Positions 20,327-31,721 of a stretch of DNA of 64,000 bases are shown here, piece by piece. The DNA comes from Thecamonas trahens ATCC 50062 (Eukaryota; Protista; Apusomonadida), in contig NW_013657652.1 of assembly GCF_000142905.1 (NCBI RefSeq), positions 1 through 64,000 of the forward strand, in the 5' to 3' direction. Position 1 is the stretch's first letter; every line of letters starts with the position of its first letter. A program made the translations under genes and the position numbers. Below the pieces are notes generated by a model that was not told the DNA's origin, ran no database searches, and worked only from the letters and a program-made list of their open reading frames with translations.

Positions 20327-21413
20327 GTGTATGTGTGATAGTGTGTGTGTGTGTGTGTGTGTGTGTGTTGTTGTTGTGGTGGTGGGGTGGGCGTTACGTG
20401 GGGTGGGGTGGGTCTGCAGGGGAGGTGCTGGTCGTGGTCGCCTAGGCACGTGGCATTGTTCGGCTGGCTGCAAGCCTCGGCGCACGTCATCAGCTCGTCA
20501 TGGCGGGTGGTTCGTGTGAGCGGCGACCCGATGCCAGCCAAAGGTAGGATGTGTTGGCATGTTTGTGCGTTCATGTGTGTGTATGTTTGGGCGATGTGGT
20601 TCTACACTTGCGGATCACATGCTACCTACCCTTCCTAGGCTGCGGTAGGCAGCTGGTCGGCATGGGCTGGCTGCGCTTGCGCTACTTCCGCCTGGTGACG
20701 TCGGCGATGACGCAGGCCCGGACCGCTTCGGTGGCGTTTGCGGCGTCGGCAGCCGCCAGCTGCATGGCCACAACTGGCGATTGCTGACTTTCAGGTGCAC
20801 CAGGTGGTGGAACGTAGGCATCGATGCCATCTGCTGGCCAGAGCGGCTCCTGTCGCCCGTCCCCAACAGCCGTTCCCGTCGCTGCTTCGCTGCTCACATG
20901 CCTCTGCTCCGGCAGCGCATCCAGCACATCGACCTCTTTGGTTGGCGTGGGAGGAGCAACAGGCATACCGTCCACACACCTGTACCCTTCCAATAGTCAG
21001 GTGTTGCCCTCGCCTTGACTCACAAGGCCTAGCCAGCCATGTCGTACACTCCACACGCCTCTGCCTCCACCGGCCGCCGTCCGTCCGATCCTTCCATTTT
21101 GACGCTCATGCTCTTCGTCTGCACCCTCTCCATGATCCGGGCATGCGTGTGATCCCCTGTCTCCAATCATATTCCCTCAAACACACACACACACACACGC
21201 ACGCTGCCCATCCGATGACCGATCCATGGACCGATCCGTCCATGGACATTCCATCAACTCGTTGCCAACCCCTCCCGCGCGACCTGAGTACGTCCACGAG
21301 ACCAAGTCCAACCATCCCTCCCGTCTCGCCCCTCCACCCCACCTCTCCCCCCCCCTAACCCCACCCCATCTCACCCCCCACCCCCACCCCCACCAGTCCC
21401 CTTCCACACACTC

Positions 21414-23210
21414 ATGTCGAGCCACAGCGCAACACCAGGAGAGCTCATAGGCATGTGTGTCGAGTGTACAGACCAGCCTTGGGAGCTGTTTTGCGAGCAA
21501 TGCGCCGAGGAGTTTTGCGGCGTCTGCTTTGCCGCTATTCACGCCTCTGGAAGCCGGAAGGAGCACATCACCCACGATATGGAGAGACTGACCCGTGGCG
21601 GGCACGTGTCGGGGGTGGTGCTGCCCATGTCGCTCGAGGTCGCGAGCCAGAGCGAGGCACAGGAGGATGATGATGAGCGCCGGTCGCGGTCGCCGACACC
21701 CATGGCTATTGCCTCGCCACAGGACGGCGAGATGCCAAGCGCGCCCACGCCCGAGCTGCGCATGCTGCCAGTGCTTGACGGTCGCAAGTTGAAGCATCGT
21801 GCGGCGTTCATTCCGCTCCGCCTTACTCGCGACGAGCGTGAGGTGCTCGCGCTGATGGAGGCCGCGCTGGAGATCTCAGAGTACACCGACAAGGTCGACG
21901 TCCTCACTTACCGGTCCAAGATTCCGATCATGACCCAGCAGCTCGACGAGTTCCTTGACACTGTGGCCGGCCTTGTGGTGACCACTGACCTCAACAAGGG
22001 CAAGAAGCTGGTGAAGGGCGACCACGGGAAGAATGCGGGCCTGTACGCCACCATGTTTGAGGTTGTCCGCCGGCAAAAGGTACTCAATCCGGACAAGCTG
22101 CGGACATCGTACGGCAAGCTCATGTACATGCTCATGGACTCGGAGGCGATTCGCGAGGACATGGGCATCCACGAGCCGTTGGTCGCGCCGATACAGACGG
22201 TGTACAGCATGCTCTCTGATCGCGGGCCGCGCGCGCTCGCCCTCCTCGACGACCCGTACCTGCCCACCGCCACCGCCGAGGTCTCGCTACTGGGCCGATC
22301 GCGCGCCGAGCTTGACGACGACCTCAACGCCAAGCGGGCGGCGCGGAGCTACCTCATCCGCGAGTACAGCGGAAGCTCCGACGACGAGCTCACTGCCGAC
22401 GAGGTCGAGCGGGTCATCCTCTCCATATCAGACGCCAACGCGTTTCTGGACCACGCCCGCGGATGCGTCGAGGCCATCACCGAGCTCCTTAATGAGCACT
22501 TTTCGCCCGAGGAGGACGATGCCTGGTCACTCGCCATCCGAGCTGGCGTGGGTGGCGCTCGGCTGTCGCACTCGCACGCCACCCAGTTTGAGTATGTCTC
22601 TCAGACCTTTGAGCTTTGGGGCGCCATCCAGTACAACTTTTACGAGCTCGCCATGGCCTGCGACGCCGACCTGATCGGCGGTGGCGGCGCCGCGCAGAAG
22701 GGCGGCGGGAGCTTCTACGGCCTCGGCGGGCGCAACTACCGACTCCGCGACACCGGCCAGGGCCTACAGCGCATGATGTCCGCGCCCAAGGGCGCAGGCA
22801 CACTCTCGCGCATCCTCGGCTCGGTCCAGGCCAAGTTTGGCCGCTGGATTGGCTCGTCCGCCATCCACTCGGGCGACGTCAACGTGCCCAACGCGCTCGT
22901 CATCATCGACAAGTACGTTCAGGTCCCGCGCATCCTCTGGCCCGTCGTCAACTGCGTTCGCGCAATCCCCTCCATGTCGCCGTGCATGCTCGACATTGTC
23001 GGCGGCTCGGAACGCGCCATCAAGTTTGTTCTGAGGAACTTCTTCTGCTACGGCTTTGATGGTTCTGGCGCCAACAACTGGTCGTCCGCCGGCTCGTGCA
23101 TCGACGGCCGCCTCACCTCGACATGGAACTGGTGCTCGCACATCGAGAAGAAATCATTCTTTCCGCTCTTTCTCCTCGCCGGCTTTGTCGGCTTTGATGG
23201 CAAGTTCTAG
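21414..23210 (+). CDS. B-box zinc finger + DUF2009 (UPF0652) protein
   Basis: CVEC...CEQCAEEFCGVCFAAIH...RKEH B-box; FIPLRLT, SEYTDKVD, NPDKLRTSYGKLMYMLMDS, GARLSHSH, FDGSGA...AGSCIDGRLTSTWNWC. Confidence 0.93.
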   Translation: MSSHSATPGELIGMCVECTDQPWELFCEQCAEEFCGVCFAAIHASGSRKEHITHDMERLTRGGHVSGVVLPMSLEVASQSEAQEDDDERRSRSPTPMAIASPQDGEMPSAPTPELRMLPVLDGRKLKHRAAFIPLRLTRDEREVLALMEAALEISEYTDKVDVLTYRSKIPIMTQQLDEFLDTVAGLVVTTDLNKGKKLVKGDHGKNAGLYATMFEVVRRQKVLNPDKLRTSYGKLMYMLMDSEAIREDMGIHEPLVAPIQTVYSMLSDRGPRALALLDDPYLPTATAEVSLLGRSRAELDDDLNAKRAARSYLIREYSGSSDDELTADEVERVILSISDANAFLDHARGCVEAITELLNEHFSPEEDDAWSLAIRAGVGGARLSHSHATQFEYVSQTFELWGAIQYNFYELAMACDADLIGGGGAAQKGGGSFYGLGGRNYRLRDTGQGLQRMMSAPKGAGTLSRILGSVQAKFGRWIGSSAIHSGDVNVPNALVIIDKYVQVPRILWPVVNCVRAIPSMSPCMLDIVGGSERAIKFVLRNFFCYGFDGSGANNWSSAGSCIDGRLTSTWNWCSHIEKKSFFPLFLLAGFVGFDGKF

Positions 23211-23246
23211 TTCCATGACACAAGCAAACACGCCGCCCCTCACACA

Positions 23247-24596
23247 CTAGCTCACCACGCACCCATCGCCGCCGCCTGCATCGTCGTCGGGCATCATGTC
23301 GTCGACGTCGTGCTCGCTCATGCCGAGGACCGTCTGCGGCGGCAGCGAGGTGGCGGTGCCGGCCTCGGTCTTGTCGGCATCGACAACTAGCGTGGCAAAG
23401 ACCGGCTTGTGGTCCGAGTACAGCACGTTGGCGCGGTCGGCGTAGGCGTGAAGCCGGCAGCACGGCGACGGCTTGTACAAGATGCGGTCGGTCCACGACG
23501 GGATCCGGGCTTTGGCCGATGAGTCGTACGAGCTAGTCCCGGCATCAAACTTGTACGTCGGGCCAAAGGCGATGGGCGCCTCGGCAAGGCCCACAAAGGC
23601 GCGTCCGGCCTCGGCCTCGATCCGCAGCTGGTCGTTGCCAAGCAGGACGTCGAGCTCATTGCGGGCAAGCGCCGCGTCGACCAGCGCCCGCGTCCCGTTG
23701 ACCCGGTAGTTGAGGTCGCCGAACCAGATGACAACGTCAAAGGCGTCAAAGAGGTCCGCCGACTCGGGCGCCACCAGCCGTGGCGGGACGACCGCTAGGT
23801 TGGCGTTGATCCGGTGGTATGCCTCGTTGCGCTCGCTCACCGCGCCCTGGTGGGCAGGCAGATGCGCGCAGACAAAGAGCATGGCAACGCCGGCCACATG
23901 CACCGACACCGCCACTCCGCCCTTGTTGCCGACCAGGTTGGCGATGCCCGTCGCCACCGCGTCCGACCGCAGATGCGTCACGGCCTCTAGCAGCGAGGCT
24001 CGGACATAGACTGCAATGTGGATGGCCATCAGCGTGTGCGACCGGAGCAGCACGTACTGCGGGCCCAGCACGTGGCCGAGTGCAGTCTCCCACGCCTTTT
24101 TCGACGACACAAAGAACGCCTTGGAGATCGACTGCTCGCACTCTTGCGTGCCCACCACATACACGTCGGCATCGATCGACGACGCAGGCAGAAACGTCGC
24201 CAGCGTCTCCATCCCAGGCGTCGGCAAGCCATGCAAGTTCCACGTCGTCGCATACACCTTGATCTGCTCGCCCTCCACCTCGCCCCAGAGCTTTTCATGC
24301 CGCCGCCGCGCCCGCGCCGCAAACGATGACGGTCCAGCCTGGCTTCCACCCCTGCCCACCGCCGCCGAGCTTGTCCCACCAGCCTCGCCGCCGCTTGCAC
24401 CCGGCGAGACCGGGGCCGTACTCGGCTTGGCCGGCCGCGCCTCCCCCGCCGCCGTCTCTGAGACCGCCGCGAGCCTCATAATGGCCGGCGCAGGCGAGGC
24501 GTCGGGCGTGGGCGGGACGGCGGTGATACTCGGCACGCCTCCTTCCCGCGGCGCTGTCTCCGCCTCGACGTCCACGAGCTCTCCAAAGTTGCTCAT
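23247..24596 (-). CDS. INPP5E: Inositol polyphosphate 5-phosphatase, INPP5E-like, with CaaX (CVVS)
   Basis: TTWNL, VVGTQE, GNKGGV, HLPAH, IWFGDLNYRV, PTYKFD, RIPSWTDRILY, SDHKPV; prenylation motif at the C-terminus. Confidence 0.9.
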   Translation of the reverse strand: MSNFGELVDVEAETAPREGGVPSITAVPPTPDASPAPAIMRLAAVSETAAGEARPAKPSTAPVSPGASGGEAGGTSSAAVGRGGSQAGPSSFAARARRRHEKLWGEVEGEQIKVYATTWNLHGLPTPGMETLATFLPASSIDADVYVVGTQECEQSISKAFFVSSKKAWETALGHVLGPQYVLLRSHTLMAIHIAVYVRASLLEAVTHLRSDAVATGIANLVGNKGGVAVSVHVAGVAMLFVCAHLPAHQGAVSERNEAYHRINANLAVVPPRLVAPESADLFDAFDVVIWFGDLNYRVNGTRALVDAALARNELDVLLGNDQLRIEAEAGRAFVGLAEAPIAFGPTYKFDAGTSSYDSSAKARIPSWTDRILYKPSPCCRLHAYADRANVLYSDHKPVFATLVVDADKTEAGTATSLPPQTVLGMSEHDVDDMMPDDDAGGGDGCVVS

Positions 24597-24962
24597 ATCA
24601 CCACAGCCACGTGTGTGAGATGGCGTCGGGAGAGGCGTGTGTGGATGAAGAAGGGTGAGAGGTGTGTGCTAGCACCAGCGTCAGCGACGGGTCTCCACGC
24701 TCCACCCCCCCGTCGTCTGCTGTCTGTGTCCGTACACGTGACGGTGATCGTGGCCGCGATCACTCTGCCGCCTGCCGTCACCGATCCCCAGGGAAAGGTC
24801 TTCAAACTATGGACCGGGCTCCCCTCCCCCCCCTCCCCCCTCCCCCTCCCCTCCCCTACCCCCCCCCCCCCCTCCCCCCGCCTGGCTTGGCCTCTGGCAA
24901 CAACCACACTCTTCTCTTCGCCTTGCACCCTTGACACCCTGCTCTCTGCAGTATCTCTTTCC

Positions 24963-26015
24963 ATGCTTGCTGTGCGACGCGGAGTAGCGCGGGCGTGCAG
25001 CGTGTCGGTGGCGCGGATGGGCGCGCTCATGCCGCGGCCGGCGGTGGACACTGTCGCTGTGCTGGGGCAGGTCGTGCCGCTGAGAGGCAAGGCAAGCGCG
25101 GCAGAGGCCGTGGCGGCGGCATCGCGGGCGACATTGGAGACGACCAAGGCCGGCGATCGTGACAACTATGTGTGCGGCTTGCTTTGGCCGCGCAAGGCGC
25201 AGGCTGGCTTCTACGCGCTGAGAGCGTTCAACGTGGAGACGGCCAAGATCAAGTCCAAGGTCTCGCGGCCGGAGCTTGGCATGGGTCGGTTTGCGTGGTG
25301 GGAGGCTGTGGTCGACGACGCCATGCGGGCCGGGGCCAAGGGCAACGGGCTGCTGCCGGCCGACTCGGTTGGCGCCAAGTCCGAGGTGGTCATCGCGCTG
25401 GCGGCCAACGTGTTCAAGTCGGCAGCATCGCCGCTGCTCACCAAGAACTGGCTGCAATCGGTCCTTGCCGCCCGTCGCGGCGATCTCGGCGTGGCCCAGC
25501 CGCAGACGCTCGCCGAGCTGGAGGAGTATGCCGAGGCCACCGCGTCGTCGCTCAACTACGCCGGGCTCTCCATCCTCGGCGTCGAGGATGCGCGCGCCGA
25601 CCACGTCGCCTCGCACGTGGGCAAGGCCGCCGGCCTCGTCGCCCTTCTCCGCGGCCTCCCGTTGACCCTGCCCAAGAAGGAGATGGCCATCCCCATCGAG
25701 CTCATTCTCAAGCACGGCGTCGCCGTCAACTCGGTCTTTGCCGGCGAGATCGACGACCCGTTTTGCGAGGCCGTCTTTGACGTCGCCGTCGTCGCCAAAG
25801 CCCACGTCGACCAGGCCCGCGAGCTCCTTGCCGATCCGGGCCTCGCTCCCGACGTCCGCTACATCTCCCTCCCGCTCCACTACTGCGACGCCTACCTCAC
25901 TCTCCTCGAGTCGGCCCGGTTCAACCCACTCGATGCATCGCTCGTTCACGTCCGCGGCGTCCGCACCCTTGTGCAAATGGCATCGACCGCCTGGCTTGGC
26001 CGCGCCTTGCTCTAG
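24963..26015 (+). CDS. NDUFAF6: Complex I assembly factor 6 (squalene/phytoene synthase fold)
   Basis: Mitochondrial-type N-terminus MLAVRRGVAR; DRDNY, YALRAFNVETAKI, LEEYAEATASSL, DHVASHVGKAAGL, AVFDVA..A..H...AR. Confidence 0.93.
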   Translation: MLAVRRGVARACSVSVARMGALMPRPAVDTVAVLGQVVPLRGKASAAEAVAAASRATLETTKAGDRDNYVCGLLWPRKAQAGFYALRAFNVETAKIKSKVSRPELGMGRFAWWEAVVDDAMRAGAKGNGLLPADSVGAKSEVVIALAANVFKSAASPLLTKNWLQSVLAARRGDLGVAQPQTLAELEEYAEATASSLNYAGLSILGVEDARADHVASHVGKAAGLVALLRGLPLTLPKKEMAIPIELILKHGVAVNSVFAGEIDDPFCEAVFDVAVVAKAHVDQARELLADPGLAPDVRYISLPLHYCDAYLTLLESARFNPLDASLVHVRGVRTLVQMASTAWLGRALL

Positions 26016-26148
26016 CGCGCACAGGTAATGAAGCCAGTCGCTGAACGAGCTCCGAGCCGTCGGCACCGAGCCATCGGCCGCGAACCGTCGGCCGGCAACA
26101 GCTTTCTCCCCCGCGCCACCAACACTCACACCTCACCACCCGTTGACC

Positions 26149-26556
26149 ATGGCGACCAAGGCAGAGCTCCCGCCGGACAACGAGTGGACGGTGTTCTACC
26201 CCATATACATTAATGCCAAGCGGAGCCTCAAGCAGGGCCGGCGTGTGGCCGTGGCCGACGCGTGCGACAACCCCACCATGACCGAGGTCGAGACCATCTG
26301 CCGAGTCAACCTCAAGCTCCCCACAAAGGCCGAGCCCGAGGCCATGTACTCGCGGGACTACCTCGAGAAGGGCCGTGTCCGCGTCGCTATCAAGACCAAG
26401 GAGGGCAAGCTGCTCAACGACGAAATCCCGTCGCGTATGGCGCTCTGGCGCGCCGTCGGTCGCATCGTGCCTACCATTGCCAAGCGAGGCAAGGCGCCGG
26501 GCAACGGGGGTAAGAAGGGCAAGAAGAACAAGAAGAAGAACAAGAAGAAGAAGTAA
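26149..26556 (+). CDS. SRP19: Signal recognition particle 19 kDa protein
   Basis: WTVFYPIYINAKRSLKQGRRV...NPT..E, YSRD...GRVRV, Lys-rich tail. Confidence 0.97.
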   Translation: MATKAELPPDNEWTVFYPIYINAKRSLKQGRRVAVADACDNPTMTEVETICRVNLKLPTKAEPEAMYSRDYLEKGRVRVAIKTKEGKLLNDEIPSRMALWRAVGRIVPTIAKRGKAPGNGGKKGKKNKKKNKKKK

Positions 26557-26908
26557 ATCGTCGTCCCGTACTCCCTCGTGCCCGTGTCCACGGGCTACCC
26601 GCTCCTCTTCCCCTCTCCCTGCCCGCTCCCCTCCCTCCTCCCTTCCCCACCCATGCATGACTCTCCCTTCCACTACCACCACGGCGGCCGACTTGCGAAG
26701 TCCGCCGACACGTTGGGCTGAAGACGCAGTCACGGCGTTGGCGAGTTTGCCGCGTGGCATCAATTTTATGGTCACCCACCCACCCACCCGCCCGTCGACG
26801 TCATTGTGACGCACCAGCACCCCGGCGTGTCTGTCAACGTGACCAGGTCCTGACTGCCACCTGACCACCCCGGCCGCTCACCCTTCATAGCTGTCTCTCA
26901 TCACGTCC

Positions 26909-29628
26909 ATGTCGACCTCGGAGTCGAACGAGAGCTCAACAGGCTCATCAAACTCGCTTCAACTTAACATATCGCCCCGCAATGGGCATGCTCATGCCAC
27001 TGGCTCTACACTCGCTACGGTGGTGTATTTTGGAAGTGAGAAGAGGTACGCAGTGCTGCGGGTGACCAGATGCTGACCAGATTGACATTTATCCCGCTCT
27101 ACCCCAGCCCCCTACCCCGCCCTCCCCGCAGCACTCACCCCCCTCCCATACCCATTATTCTCGGCAGTGATCTTGTCATGCGTGAGCATGTCTGCCTCAA
27201 CAACGAGTACATCGCACCGTTCACGCTCAGCAACGTCGAGTACGCCACCGCGGAGCACTGTTATCAGGCGGCAAAGGTGCGGGCGTTTGACCCCAAAGCG
27301 GCAATCGCTGTCTCGCGCGCACTCACCGCCGCCGACGCGCGACACATGGCCAAGGACGCGGTCCAAGCCGCCATCGCCGCAGGCGTGTACAATGCACCTG
27401 CGTGGGCACGACGCCGCGAGCAGGCTATGTTCGAGGCGCTCAAGGCAAAGTGCGTACAGAACCAACACATCCTCCAGGTCTTACTCGAGACAGGCGACGC
27501 CACACTCGTCGAGGACTCACCCGCGGATCCGTACTGGGGCGGCACCGCGCCGGGCGCCCGCAACCGGCTGGGTGTCCTGCTCATGGAGCTCCGCAGCACG
27601 CTGGCCGGAACCCACTCGATCACCATTGGCCTCGCCCAGTCGACGTCAGACTCTCTCTCGGATGAGTCGACGCCGCCGAGCTCGCCGTGGCGCGCGACGC
27701 TTCCGCGGTCGCCGGCGCGCTTCCCGGCCGGCGTCTGTACCCTCACCGAGCTGGCGACGAGCTCACGTGGCGTCGACCTCGGTAGCATGGTCGGCGGCGA
27801 GCCGCAGATCAAGGCTGTCCTTGGCGATACTCCGCCGTTCAACTTGCTGCCGCTGCATGCGCTCGCGCGCCTTGCCCGCGGCGTCCGCTACCTTGAGTAC
27901 TCGGGCGGTGCACTGCTCGCCACGCCCGGCGGCGTCCGCGACGACGGCCACGCCTTTGTTCTTCTCGAGGGCAGCGTCGTCGCGAGCACAAGCGACGGCT
28001 CCGAGTCCACCGTCGCCCCCTTTGTGCTCTTTGGCGAGCACTATGCACTCATGGGCGTGCGGAGCGCGACGTACAGCGTGCCGCGCGGGGGCATGGCGCA
28101 CGTTCTGGCCATCCCTTCGGCGCTTCTGCTCGCCGTTCTCGAGCCAATGACACCGGTTGCGCTTGCACTGGCCACAAGCGCGCTCGCGCGCCATCCTGCC
28201 ACCAAGCTTCTCGCCGAGCTCCACGCCACCATCCGAGCTGCCGCGGCCACCGGCAACGAGTTTGATGTGGGCGCCCTCGTCGCGCGGTACGCAGCTCTCG
28301 AGGCTGCGCTCTATCCTGAGATCGGAACCGGGCTGGCTATGCCGGCGTGGCAGGCGGCAGTGGCGGTGCTCCCGCTCCCGCTGTTTGTCCCAGCTGATGT
28401 GACGCTCGCAGGTCCGACTTGGGACGCGGGTTGTGTGGAAGAGGCTTCGCTCGGCAAAGTCACGCTCGCCGACGGCGAGAGCCACCTGGTTGGCCTCTGC
28501 ACTGCGCTCGCGGTCCACTGGCACCAGATGACCAAGCTTCAGACAAATATGTGCGACGACATGGCAGCGGTGGAGGGCGTGCTGCAGGCGGCCGGCTTGG
28601 TCGACGACGATCTGCTTCGGGCAGCTCTTGACGCCCACGACACGCTGCCGACCGTCCACCTCGCAGTAGAGTCGCGGGCCGAGCTCGACACGAAACTCAC
28701 GTCCTGGTCGCACAAGCTCGCACTGGCGGTCGGTGACGTGCTCGCCGTTGACACGGCGCTGGAAGCTGTCGGCATTGACGTCGTGTTTGGCGGGCACGCC
28801 GCGTGCGCCGATGCGCTTTCGCCGTGGTGTCGAGACGCGCAGGCCCGGATCGAGGCATGGGCCCATGCAAGAAGCGTCGCCGCAGACGTCGTTGCAGCGT
28901 ACCTCGCGGCGCATCCGGACGAGGCTGCAAGCCGACGGGCGGCAGATGCATCCGCTGGTATCCACGTCATCGACTCTGGGGTGTGCTCCGGGCCGGCGGT
29001 GGTTGTGGTGGACACCGGACGCGGTGCCGATGCAGAGCGGCGTGCTCTGGTCAACGTGGCGGCGATGAGCGGCGAAGCCGCTGCCGCGGCGCTGCGTGCG
29101 CTCATTCTAGTCTTTGGCGAGAACATCCGGTCGATCAACATGGTGACGGCGGCAGACCGGCTTGCAGGGCGCAAAGGTGACTTTGTATTGGCGAGCCACG
29201 CCGTGTTGGCGGGCACCGGGCATGTAGTTGCGCTTGACGCCGGCATGGACGACGAAGCCGTGGTACTAGATATGCGCGCGAGCTGCGGCGTGCAGCGCGG
29301 GCCCGTCCTGACTGCGCCGGCGTGTACGCCGGAGCCGATGCTCGGGCTCTACGTCAAGGCGTACGGGTGCGTGGCGCGCGACGCGACCATGGGCACAATG
29401 GCGCAGGAGATGCAGAATGCACGCGAGATGGGCTTGCTCCGCCGCACTTCCCGGGCCCGGTTTGTAGCTGTGCTCGCAGACAGGGTGAGCAGAGAAGCGG
29501 CGGCGACCATGATCGAGTTCATTCATCGCGCCACCATCTTCGACAGCCATCACACCAGCTACCAGCGCTCCTCGTCATTGACGATTGACTCGATGTACGA
29601 CAGGTCGTCGGCGTTGATGGCCGAGTAA
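26909..29628 (+). CDS. NADAR (YbiA-like) + cyclic-nucleotide-binding + DUF6909/PNP-like fusion; exons 26909-27045 and 27168-29628
   Basis: A GTACGC...CAG intron restores VVYFGSEKS|DLVMREHVCLNNEY. NADAR motifs TAEHCYQAAK, LKAK..QN, LLETGDATLVEDSPADPYWG, NRLGVLLMELR. cNMP-like PPFNLL...AFVLLEGSV...FGEHYAL...RSAT. C-terminal IRSINMV...LAGRKGDFVL...VQRGPVLT. Confidence 0.88.
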
Positions 29629-31721
29629 AGAGTATCGACTTCTTCCTTGTCAAGCTGCGCCGCCTGGGTAAACGGCAGCGAACGCGCTAGCTCTGCGGTC
29701 GACGGCGTGGCGGCGATGACATGACGGGCCGACGGCGTCGGAGTGACAAGGCCCGCGGCAATGAGCGAGCCGTTACCGTTGCGCTTGGAGCGGAGCGACC
29801 GGAGGAGCGCAGCGTTGAGCGCGGCGTTGGACGCCGACTGAGCCTGCGTTCGCCGCACAAACGACGACTGGATGATCGACGGCGTGTTGACCCGCGCGAG
29901 CGGCGAGGTTGGGACCTGCCGCGACAGCGCCGACGCCGGCGATGTTGCCGGCTGCTGCATGAGCGTGGCAAACGCCGATGCCGCCGCATCGTCGGACGAG
30001 TCCGACGTTGAGACGTCCGAGAGCGAGTCGGACGAGTCGGACTCGGACTCGGACTCGGTGCCGGCGTCATCGTCAAACGGCGGGTGCGGGACCGGAACAG
30101 GAATCTGCACACGCGGACGAGAAGGCACGTCTTGTGCGACCTCCATCGGTGCAGGCGCGTCAAGATCGTCGTCCGAGTCGGACGATGTGGACGATGACGA
30201 CGACGACGACGAAGAGGTCGACAGCGGCGAGGGGGAGCCTACATCAGCGGCCTGCGCCCGCGCGAGAGCTGACTCAGCGGCAGCGCTCTTGGGCGGGGCA
30301 TGGCGGATGGGGGGCGGCGGCGACGGGCGACGGGTGCGCAACGACTCCGGCGACGGCTCGGGCGAAGGCGACGCCAGCGCTTCACGCTCGGCCGGAGGCG
30401 GCGCCACAGTGAGCGGCGCTGCCGGATGCGCATCGATCGCATCCTTGTTAGCCTGGGCCGACTTGGCGAGCCGACGCGCCTTGGCGTAACCGGCGCGGGC
30501 GGCCGCCAGCGCACTGTCAGCGGCGGTCGTCGGAGGGGGTGGGGTCGACGGTGGCGCCCTGGATGGGGATGTGGGCGCGGGTGCAGGCGCAGGAGGTGGT
30601 GTGGGTGCAGGGGCGGATGCGGGCGAGGAAGGGGGCGAGGCAGATGATGAGGAGGAGGAAGAGGAGGAGGAGGAGGATGTGGAGGTTGACGAGGACGTGG
30701 CGGACGACGCGCCCGAGTCTGCGTCCGAGCTTGATTCCGAGCCGGATGAGGAGGCCGAGTCTGAGGCCGAGTCTGAGGCAGAGCCTGAGGCCGAGTCCGA
30801 GTCCGAGACTGAGCTCGAATCCGAGTCCGAGCTCGAATCCGAGTCCGAGCTCGAATCCGAGTCCGAGCTCGAGTCTGACGATGAGGGTACGTCAGGAAGG
30901 ACAGCAGGTTGCTGGGCAGATTCAGGTTCAGCACCCCGTTTGCGACGCTTCGACGGACGGACAGGCGTGTCGTCGTCAGCAGGAGACACAGCGGTGAGCG
31001 GCGGCGTGGTGGCGATGGCAGTCACATCTTGCGGCTCGGGCGACGGGCTTGCGCCGCGCTTCCGCTTGCGCGAGCGCTTGACAACCTCGACCTCGGCGGC
31101 AGCGGCAGCGGCCTTGGCATCGGCGGCTGCGAGCGCAGCATCAGCCTCGGCGGCGGCAGCTGCGGCAGCGGCAGCGGCAGCATCGGCCTCGGCGGCCTTG
31201 AGTGCAGCAGCGGCAGCGGCAGCCCTGGCCTCTGCCTTGCGGATCCGCTGCCGCTCCAGCTTCTCCTCGCGCTTGCGGCGCTTTCTAGCCTTGGCTTCGG
31301 CCTTGGCCTTGGCCTTGGCCTCAGCCTTTGCTTTGGCGGCTTCGGCTGGATCGGCCCCAGCCAGCGACAATGGCGGCGGCACTTTGGCGACTGCGGGACC
31401 GTCATCGTTGAGCTCGCCAGCGAGGAGATCATGAGAAGGAACGGCATTGAGAGCGCGGACAAAGCGAGCAAAGGTGACTCTGACGTGACCGGTATCCTGC
31501 TTGGGCACACCCAATGACTCGAGGTCGTCAAGCGAGTAGCCATCTAGGAGATCGACGGGAATGCCTTCAAAGGCAGCAGCATAGTCAGCAAATCGTGGCG
31601 GGAGGGAGGCAAAGAGGAGGCCGGCTACCGTGGCTGCGTTGGACAAGTCCTTGCCTGAGCCGGTCTGTTGCGAGCCGAGCACATTCTCTAGAGCCTGTTG
31701 TACACGAGATACCTGTGCCAT
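29559..31721 (-). CDS. SAM-like domain protein with long Ala/Lys and Ser/Asp/Pro low-complexity regions
   Basis: N-terminal FADYAAAFEGIPVDLLDGYSLDDLESLGVPKQDTGHVR is SAM-like; NLS-like KRSRKRKR; 720-codon ORF. Confidence 0.75.
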   Translation of the reverse strand: MAQVSRVQQALENVLGSQQTGSGKDLSNAATVAGLLFASLPPRFADYAAAFEGIPVDLLDGYSLDDLESLGVPKQDTGHVRVTFARFVRALNAVPSHDLLAGELNDDGPAVAKVPPPLSLAGADPAEAAKAKAEAKAKAKAEAKARKRRKREEKLERQRIRKAEARAAAAAAALKAAEADAAAAAAAAAAAEADAALAAADAKAAAAAAEVEVVKRSRKRKRGASPSPEPQDVTAIATTPPLTAVSPADDDTPVRPSKRRKRGAEPESAQQPAVLPDVPSSSDSSSDSDSSSDSDSSSDSDSSSVSDSDSASGSASDSASDSASSSGSESSSDADSGASSATSSSTSTSSSSSSSSSSSSASPPSSPASAPAPTPPPAPAPAPTSPSRAPPSTPPPPTTAADSALAAARAGYAKARRLAKSAQANKDAIDAHPAAPLTVAPPPAEREALASPSPEPSPESLRTRRPSPPPPIRHAPPKSAAAESALARAQAADVGSPSPLSTSSSSSSSSSTSSDSDDDLDAPAPMEVAQDVPSRPRVQIPVPVPHPPFDDDAGTESESESDSSDSLSDVSTSDSSDDAAASAFATLMQQPATSPASALSRQVPTSPLARVNTPSIIQSSFVRRTQAQSASNAALNAALLRSLRSKRNGNGSLIAAGLVTPTPSARHVIAATPSTAELARSLPFTQAAQLDKEEVDTLYSAINADDLSYIESIVNDEERW

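Noticed and set aside
24807-29246. Long antisense ORFs (e.g. 24807..26129, 27763..28965) and similar ones throughout the window
   Set aside because: Shadows of GC3-rich sense genes with no independent motifs.
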